Of a stretch of DNA of 64,000 bases, positions 54,938 through 64,000 are shown piece by piece. Both the position numbers and the translations under genes were made by a program. The notes beneath the pieces were generated by a model. That model made no database searches. It had not been told where the DNA came from and saw nothing but the letters and a program-made list of their open reading frames with translations. Each line of letters starts with the position of its first letter. Within the stretch, counting starts at the first letter, position 1. Origin of the DNA: Tubulanus polymorphus (Eukaryota; Animalia; Nemertea); contig NC_134025.1 of NCBI RefSeq assembly GCF_964204645.1, forward strand, positions 3,348,001 to 3,412,000. The letters run 5' to 3'.

Positions 54938-55208
54938 GTCTGTGGTTTAGTTTCACGATCGGATATTTTCACAAACCACATATACCCGACCGAAGCCCAT
55001 CCGATAATAAAAAGCTTTCCACCAACGATTAGGTAACTAACTACCTGTCTAACTACTACTATAGTACTATATACTTCATTATAGCTAGTATATTAGTAGT
55101 TAGTCAGTAACCTGTCTGTGGTTTAGTTTCACGATCGGATATTTTCACAAACCACATAAGCCCATCCGATTATAAAAAGCTTACCACCAACGATTAGGTA
55201 ACTAACTA
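54938..55208. repeat. Intronic direct duplication of about 100 bp
   Basis: GTCTGTGGTTTAGTTTCACGATCGGATATTTTCACAAACCACATA...CAACGATTAGGTAACTAACTA at 54938-55043 and again at 55114-55208 (second copy has an about 11-bp deletion). Confidence 0.9.
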
Positions 55209-55959
55209 ACTAGTAGCTAGACCAACATTATTGTAAGGTTCTACACAATTAAAAAGGTGTCCAGTTCATTCTGTATGAAGATTTATAATTCTATTTATTG
55301 ATCAAATATCTGTTTTTAGGCCTATGTTATGTTCACCTTATAGAAATTAAATGCTTGATAATTATTTTTGTGTTGGTGACAAAAATAGAAATATAGATAT
55401 CGTTTTGTCGCCTCAGGCGGTATTGGGATATAAATAGTTTAGTATTAACATCATGTACTTATGGTCATCTCTGAGCTACGTAAGTAGTATATATGATGAT
55501 CTGCCTGGCTGGATCTATACATTCCTACTCAGTGTAGTTTATATTTAGCTGTACTGAATGCGGAGTCAGTTACAGCTGGTCATCCTCAGTGTTTGAAGTC
55601 TTTCTATTTCTAAACTTATCTGTAGATTATATTGCATTGAAAGATATTGAAAATATGAGTTCTATTATTAACTATGCAATATATACCTTCCGTTGATAGA
55701 TTTGAATGGAATATCAAAATTGAAAGAAAATATTTTTAGAAATTAAGATTTGTCGTAAGTTTATCATGAATACTAAATTTCAGTGGCAAATTCATTTATC
55801 CCTAATTTTGTCAGGTAACAGTAACTTCCAGTTCAAATTTAATGCATTGAAACGAGAGATTTCCAACAGAATCTAGTTTGAAAAAATGTAATTTGATTTG
55901 TTTAATTTCAGATGTTTTACTGATTTTATGAACAATGTACTGCATAAAGGATCTACATC

Positions 55960-58900
55960 ATGACTACTTGTGAGTATATCTTTGCTAACAAAACATAACG
56001 CCATTTTCATTTTAGTTAGTTCTTATTCTAACATCGCAGTATTGAAATCAGCATCTTATTAAATATTTAATTGGCCACATTTTATTCTTCTTCGTTATGT
56101 CACCGAGCATTTGTGTTTGCCGCACAGCCCTTTTATTTCATAATCCACGGTAGATATCTTTAGATAATTATAGATTAGAAAAAACTACCTAACTTCAGCC
56201 TCGGAATAGGAGTGAGAATTTATTGCTCCAAGCTAAAGTTATTTTTATGTATATTTTTTTGGTACTATGTAACCATTCATAAGTTGTGTACTATAATCAT
56301 CACTGTATGTTCTATATAGAGCTCATAGTAAACACAAAACATATTAAACGTATCATTTATATCAATGACTAAATACAATGTAATAAGAAGTCATTAGAAG
56401 TCGCGTATGTGTTAATTAAACATCTTTTTCCAGTTGTTGTAACTAGGAAAAAACTGAAAATTACTGGAGGTCAGTAGTTACACAAAACGGTAGTTTGTAG
56501 GGTTCCTGAGCGCTGCTGATCATATCATTAGCATGTTGATTTTAAATCATTTAGGATTATAAGCACCGACCAATATTCAGTGTAATATGTTCTATAGGAA
56601 TAATGCATGTATTCTACTACTACTGTTTTATGCCTGGTGAAACAGTTTTTTTTAGTGTGATTTTTTGTTGGTTCTCTCTCACGCATCTGTTTAATGCACA
56701 CATCGGGCTGCTGCCACCCTATATCTCTAAATCAATTCAATTAAACCCTGGAGACTGAGGAGGATAATGCATCACATTCATTCTACCAAAGCTTTATTAG
56801 TACTGGCTATGAATCTAGCTAGAATATGAACAGATTGCCTTATTACGATCTGACCACGTCTACCTCCTGTCCATGGACTCCAGAGTGCATGTCGTATCTT
56901 AAATTATAAGCCATTCTTTGTAATAATAGATATAAATGTCCTAAAAAGTGATGAAACTTTACTGTATCTCAGTCCCTGTTTGATTCAATCTACTTGAGGT
57001 GATCGGTCATATCTTAGAACATTTAATTTTTTTTTACACCCACATTTCAATTTTCTCTTCTCGAAAACAAACACATAATAGCGATGAATACAAAGCAGTT
57101 GATTATTGGCTGTTGGGATTTTATGTGAAGAATGATGATTTGTTATTGATTTTGGCATCCTGCTGGTGGCTGTAACATATGGTTTCAGTAGTCTCTATAA
57201 AGGATTGCATCTTGTACCGCAAGCTATAGCCATACATCTGATAATTTTGGTAGTGATTTAAAGAATACAAGAATTTCACAGAAAAATACTTCGGTGAAGA
57301 TAATTATTACCAAACCTTCATTCATTTCAAATCTAACTTTTTCAAGTAACCAGTGATGAATTACTAAAGATATTCGAAAAATGTGTTTTATGCTGAATTG
57401 CAGATGAACTGACTGAACGTGAACTTTTCATGCGAGCTTATCGCGAGCGTGAAGAGATCGTAAAAAAATACGACAAAGGTCGCGAAGACGGAGCCGAGAT
57501 CGATCCTTGGGAGGATCCGGAATTTGAAATATACCACGTAACTGATCGCTATGGGTTCCTACAGTAAGTTATCATCGTTAAAAATATGTGGAACATTCAA
57601 ATATAGGAAGTGAGCAAATACCATTAATCCTGATTACTATTAATAGCAGTTACTATCGTCATCACACAAAATCAAATGTCACATTTACCATTGATAGAAA
57701 TACGTCTATAAATAAACGTAATGAATATAGTTCATTCCATTGACGTAGTAAATTTGTAGAGACAATAACTACAATATATATTCAAATTAGATATAAAACA
57801 TGACATTATCTAGATAAAATGCTTCGAATTTTATTTAGAAAATACATCTTTCTTTCTCTTATTGCTCTAGTAATCGTTATGGCTGTCATTGTCTGGTTGC
57901 TATGGTGATTAAGACTATAAATAGTTTGAATATTCATACGATGTCTGAATTGCGTGGGTATTTTTTAAAAATAATCTTTGTAGCGATAAACCGCTGCCGA
58001 ATATTCCGCGGGCTGTTGAAGAGAAAGCAAAACAAGTCGAACTCATTCGGCGTAAAAAATGGGTGAAAATGGTAAAATCGTGGAAAAAGTATTATCCCAG
58101 TGAAAAGGTTTGTAGATTTAATGGAAAATAAATCATTCTCAAATTTGAAAAAAAATTTGGAATGTGATTTGAGCGTTATTTGTATTCTAGTTAACGAGAA
58201 GGATATATAAAGGAATTCCTGATCCATTACGAGGGGATGTGTGGGCAAGGCTGTTGGATGTCGAAAAGACTAAAAAGATGCAATCAGGAGTGTACATAGT
58301 GAGTGTATCATTTCATTAATGTCGAACTGTTCTATTAGATATTAGAACAGATTTTCTTCAAATATGAGTTGATTTTTGTTTCTTCCAGAAAATGCGTGAC
58401 GGGGCTCGAAAGCATTCACCAGATATAAGACAAATAGATTTAGATGTAAATCGTACTTATAGAAATCATGTTATGTTTCGTGAAAGATACAATGTCAAGT
58501 AAGCAGTACACACTTCTATTGAGATTTTTTTCATTCTATCTATATCCTTGACCTGACAACAAGCTTGCCACTCCTAATGTTTCTTGGGCAATTGCCAAAT
58601 GAAATTGTTACAGTTATGATTACATTTGAAATGTTGTGATGTTGTTTCTTTTTCAAAATGATCGTGACATGATTTAATTTATGTATTTCAGACAGCAAGC
58701 ATTATTTCATGTATTGGCAGCATATTCTATGTATAATTCTGAGGTTGGATATTGTCAAGGCATGAGTCAAATAGCAGCACTTTTACTGATGTATCTGAAT
58801 GAAGAAGTAGGTTCATTTACTAGTAAATCAAAACCGGATTTCAGTTGTACTGGTAGGGTTCTGAGTGAGTCTCCTAAGTGCTTAAAAGTGTTAACTTATG

Positions 58901-61107
58901 AAACAATTTAGTAAGGTCCTTAATTAAAGTGCTTGCTTCTGACTTATGGTATCCAAAGTTATTTTTTACAATTATGTGTCAGGCCAATATTAATGCCTGT
59001 ATAAATGTATTGTCTATAATAGCCCATACTCCACTTTTAATACATTGTCCTCATGTATATAGTCCACTAATCACAAATTGAAGATTAATATTGTGAATTA
59101 GGATGAGGGCCGAAGTCTCAAATGATAAGTGTTATTTTGCCTTATTTACAAAAAGTGCTTTCTTTTGCCTCAGCCTTACTACGATGAACCCTGCTGGTAT
59201 TATCTTTATACGATATAAGACCTGTTATTTTTAACTCTATTACAAGTACTTTTTGTTGTTATAGGATGCATTTTGGGCATTATCAGCATTATTGACAAAT
59301 AAGAAGCATGGAATGCATGGTAAGTACGTGAATACTCATTCATCGTCTTCAAAAATATCTCATCTACCATATATATTTACTGCTTTATAATCATCTTCAA
59401 AAATATCTCATCTACCATATATATTTACTGCTTTATATACTGCATATGGTGTTGATTGGAATTTTTTTTGTATTTCCGAAGGCTTCTTTGTGCCTGGTTT
59501 TCCAAAACTGATTCGCTTCCAAGAACATCATGATCGTGTACTGAAGGCATTTATACCAAAGGTCAAGAAGCACTTGGTAAGGATATATTCTTTCATGGCC
59601 TTTTTAGATATAGAATCCTGCCTTATTACCATAACGTTGCAGCCTTTGTCATTGAAGTTCAGGGAAACATTTCATTGTGGGTTCTCAGTTTTAAACGCTG
59701 TTTCCAGTTCCAGTATTTGAATGTCAGTGTATTATTATCATGTTGTTTTTATTTCAGGACCGTAATGAGATTCACTGTGGTTTGTACACGGTTAAATGGT
59801 TTCTACAATGTTTTCTGGACAGAGTCCCTTTCGCATTGACCTTGCGACTATGGGATATTTTTATGTTAGAAGGAGAGAAATTATTGACTTGTATGGCGTA
59901 CTGTCTCCTCAAGATGCATAGACGTAAGTTTTTATACAAATAAACGTAACGTCATTTTTGCATTTATCTAAAATGATTGGAAATATTTCATTGTTTAGGG
60001 CGACTGGTTAGAATGTCAATGGAAGAAGTGGTTCAGTTTATGCAAGGAGGATTAGAGCAGGATTTTGGTTACGAAGATGATTACGTGGTCGATGTGCTTA
60101 CTAAAGTTATGATCGATTTAAGAAAAGCTGGAATGGATGTTCCTCCACCACCTAGACCTCATTCTAATATGCCGAGCGAGGTTCCTACTCGTCCGTTCGG
60201 ACTTTGGGTCGAACCGACCTACGATCAGTTGACCGGTAACAAAATAAATCCGATGGACAATGAGATTGCTAATAATCCTCCGCAGCGGTCTTCTTTACGC
60301 AAGCATTCAAAAGACTTTTCAGAAATCGAATCCATAACAACAATGACAAATTCTCGATTCTCGCTGGCCGAGACATCTCAGACCGGTAGTCATCGATTAT
60401 CATTAGACGGCGAGTCGAGATTAGGTAATACACCGACGGGTTCGCTTGACGGAGAATTCATGTCGTTACCCGCGAATGTCATCGATTCATCTTTATCTTC
60501 GAGCGTAAATGACTTCGGTCATCAGAGTCTGAACGTCAATATGGATCCTACCGGATGGGGTCAGATGTTCATGAACTACGAGCAACGTAGCCCGGATTCG
60601 CGCAGTAAAACACCGCAGGCTCAAAGCGTCGAGGAGTTCGATGCGAGCAAAATGAATCCGGAATTCGGTTACGCGACGTTGATCAACGGCGCCGTTTTAA
60701 CGGAATCTCCGCGAACTCCGAAAGTAAAAACGCCGTCGTCGCCTGATCTACGAATCGTCGAGCCGGATTCACCGAGAACGCCGAAAGCGAAAACTCCGAC
60801 TTCTCCGAGTTCGCAATACGATAACGTACCGGCGATGGTTAGTTCAACGGTCTACGAGACAACGCTAGAGACAACACTGGACGGAGGAGAACCAGATGAT
60901 TCGACTTCGTTTTACAGTCGTGGTTCATCGCAGCGTAGTTTTGTGCACGTTCAAATGAACTTACCTTTAGTCGTTCCATTGAATGGACTACAATCAGCGC
61001 AGGACAATACCGTCACTTATCAGGAGACTCATATAAATGGATATGAATCTGGAAACCAAACTCCTACAACACCTGTAGCTCGCACTGTCGGGCCAACTAT
61101 TGTCTAA
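55960..61107 (+). CDS. USP6NL: USP6 N-terminal-like protein (RN-tre, TBC-domain Rab GAP)
   Basis: [39 protein letters not shown]; [14 protein letters not shown]; [20 protein letters not shown] (Arg finger); [25 protein letters not shown] (Gln finger); [11 protein letters not shown]. Short first coding exon ATGACTACTT|gtgagt; non-coding exons upstream from about 54070. Confidence 0.95.
59346..59437. repeat. Intronic tandem duplication, 48-bp period x2
   Basis: TCTTCAAAAATATCTCATCTACCATATATATTTACTGCTTTATA at 59346 and 59394. Confidence 0.9.
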
Positions 61108-62958
61108 TGGGGTACCGGCACTCACCAGATGCCGCTACAAAACAGGGGGTCATTTTCAATGAAATTTGAACTTGATTTTTAGGCTTCCAAATACGAAAAT
61201 TGTCAAACAAGTCATCGGATAGATATAAGATTCACTTTCTCACTGTATGGTATAGATTTTACCGAACGATCTACTAATCAGAAAAGTTGCCTTTCGATAA
61301 TTTAATCGAAACGTATAAAGAATTGAAGCGCTGTATGTAACCCAGTGCCTCTAGCGAGGTTGGTGGAATCCTCACTTACTACAGTAGCGTTGCCGGTATC
61401 CTATTACTTCGATACGATACATCTCATTTTGAACGTTCAAATTCAATCAGAAAGTAAAACATATGAACATTATTAAGATAACTGCCATAATGTGCTTATA
61501 TTATCATCGACTTGAGTTTCTTAGATCAATGTGAACTCTGAGATTTATAGATTTCAGGGATGGAAATTGTTGAATATTGTTTATCTTGGTATACCATAGC
61601 GCCGCATCTGAAAACTCTATAATCATTAAACTAATATAACCATTAACCAGGTTTACCATAAAACTAACCATGTGATACTTGTAAATTATATCTTTTAAGG
61701 TGCACATAAATAAACATTTTAGATATTAATCTCTGCTTTTTAACTAAAAGTATATGTGTGTATGCGCGTGTCTTTACGTGTGATGAAAAAGTTAATATAT
61801 GATACATGTACAGGATAATAATATATGACAAACATTGTTGTATTATATAAGAAAATATCATTGTATTAGAAATTTATCTCTTGACTTTTTACAACTTATA
61901 TGAATAGAAGTGTTTAGTAAATGCTCGTAGGCGGTAGATTGAACATATTTTAGCTTCATTCATGCATTGTGTGTCCTGCAAATGAGTATCCTGTGCTTTA
62001 TTGATAATTGTGCTAGAAATGTTGGCTGTATGTTTGGAGTGAGTTCCATTCAGTACGTCAATGTCGAGTCTGATATGTGTACATGTACTGATATTTCTAA
62101 TGAATATGCATGGACAAATATTCGAAATAAATGAAATATAAAGTAGTTGGGATTGTTGAAAATGGGCGAATATTCCATAAATTTTGTATGTATCGTTATT
62201 TATTTTATTACTCATGGATAATTAAGAATTTACATTAGATCGTATTGAATAAAACCAAATGTTGTCAGTTCTGAATCTTAGCTATGGAAGTTCTGAATCT
62301 TAGTCTGAAGTGAATTTATTTATGATTATATGTAATTGCACTTATTCTCATGAATCTATGCAGTAGACTCATTGAGCAGGTCGGATTTTATGATGTAAAT
62401 TCAATCGAGATGATGTTTCATTCTGATGATGATAAGCGCCATTGAAAATCAGTGTCAATGACTTAGGTGGTGATGTTTTTGAAACATTTGTAGCCTTTTA
62501 TGTTTATGTCCTAATTATCGGTGCGGATTGTTGATAAATAATGTCTTTTAAGTTATATTTCTTAAAGTAGACTGGGTGCTTTTCTGGGAAATTGTGAAAG
62601 ACATGGAACTACTGTTAAACATTATAGTCACTTTGATCCTTTGAGCAAATAATGTGACAGTTCTTCTCAATTGGTCTATAGTGGTTTTACTGGTGTTGAA
62701 TTCTTTTTCGCCATGAAATTATTCAGTTTTTGAATCAATTGTTCAATTGATTTTTTAGTGCAATACCATGTATTAGTGCTCAAGAATATCTATTTACCCA
62801 ATACAGTTATAATGTATTTTTTTACTGAAAAGGTTTTTTGAGTTTTGCTAATTAGATTATTGTATTTGTTAGGAAATCATGTTCAATAATTTGGTTTATA
62901 TTCAATCCAATGCTTGTAGGAATTATGAAAATGTTTGCTGTTTGCTTTAGCCCTATTT

Positions 62959-63270
62959 CAGGGTCCGATCTAAGGAATGAAAGCCACTTGCCCAGGGGGC
63001 AAGCATACCTGAAATTTTGCTTGCCCCTCCAAAAGCTACTTGCCCTACAGAGGCAGTCCAATTGGTGGCACTATGATTCCTTTTCTGAAAAATCTTCCAT
63101 TTTATCGCGAAAATGAAATGCGTTAAGAAATCCGTTGTGTCGAATGGGAAAAAAAGCTTTGTGACATAAAATTGCACTTGCCCGGGGGACAAGTGATAAT
63201 GATAACCTACTTGCCCTGATGAGAATATACTTGTCCCGGGCAATCGGACAAGTGCTTAGATCGGACCCTG
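62959..63270. mobile_element. hAT-like MITE, 312 bp, perfect 16-bp TIRs, 6-bp target-site duplication
   Basis: CAGGGTCCGATCTAAG ... CTTAGATCGGACCCTG; CTATTT immediately on both sides (62953-62958, 63271-63276); repeated internal CTTGCCC/GGGCAAG motifs near both ends. Confidence 0.88.
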
Positions 63271-64000
63271 CTATTTAATTAAATGAAAATTACGTCTTCA
63301 TGAAAATAATGTAATGAAAAATGTTTCCATCTGATTTGTATTCTAGAATAGGCATAATTAAAATCTTCCTTGTCTTATTGAAATGATACTTGTTCATATT
63401 TCATTTCAATTTGATTGCTTGAAAATTTATTTCTTTTTCTACAATTTTTTGCCAATCGGAGTACATATTCTGATGTGATCTCAAAATTTGATATATAATT
63501 AATATTGATGATATACTCCTTTCGATTTGATTAAAGCGATGGTATGTACCCATACATTTTAATTACTCAGCTCCGCTTTCGATGAAAAAAAAATTTAGAT
63601 AAGTTATATGTGGTTTCGTGAGTACATGCAGATGCTGATGATTATTGATGATATGCAAATTTGTACAAATAATAGGCTTGTTCCAAAATTGGTGTAGGCC
63701 TACTGTAATACACACATTGGGGTTATCTAATATTTTGTGAAAATATCTCCGTAAGTAGATTTTGTTATTATTGAGTTAGCAATCATGGTGTATGTTGCAT
63801 TAAAATGCAATAAAATAATCACATGTATAGTTAAAAAAGTGGTGTTGATTTGTATTTTTTTTTGGGCCGATAGCTGCTGCCACCTGGATTTGATTTATCG
63901 CATTTCTCTCGACTCTCTGCTCTTCCTCGGCTTCGATAGTGACGAGAAGTTTGGATTTTTATGCCATCAATAAGTACGTTGTTCTTTTTATAGTTTGCCA

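Noticed and set aside
61504-62215. Short - strand ORFs downstream of USP6NL
   Set aside because: AT-rich 3'UTR-like sequence (AATAAA near 62248); no coding signal.
63214-63240. CTGATGAG hammerhead-like core inside the hAT MITE
   Set aside because: No stem II or following GAAA; other CTGATGA hits inspected (e.g. 12702, 12727, 16028, 62423) also lack the fold.

Overview
AT-rich, gene-dense eukaryotic (invertebrate, probably spiralian/lophotrochozoan; an inference) genomic DNA with many short GT-AG introns, so most entries of the supplied ORF track are exon fragments or antisense shadows. Twelve protein-coding genes can be reconstructed by eye: ANAPC1 (-, runs off the left edge), TXNDC16-like (+), a kelch beta-propeller gene (-), DICER1 (-), ALKBH6 (+), a secreted BRICHOS-domain precursor (-), a giant secreted fibrinogen-related protein (-), cornichon (+), POLR3F (-), a non-catalytic cholinesterase-like membrane protein (-), a DTHD1-like ZU5/death-domain protein (-) and USP6NL/RN-tre (+). 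The most notable non-standard signals are: (i) a minimal Penelope-type hammerhead ribozyme on a segment bounded by 11-bp direct repeats, nested inside a 70-bp-TIR MITE next to a 76-bp palindrome-rich tandem repeat (37.6-38.2 kb); (ii) a BRICHOS precursor whose furin-released cargo is a 118-aa Ser/Gly/Arg-rich, nearly Cys-free polypeptide instead of a typical disulfide beta-hairpin peptide; (iii) a hAT-like MITE with a 6-bp TSD. Gene spans were assembled manually and include introns; exact exon boundaries need RNA-seq confirmation.
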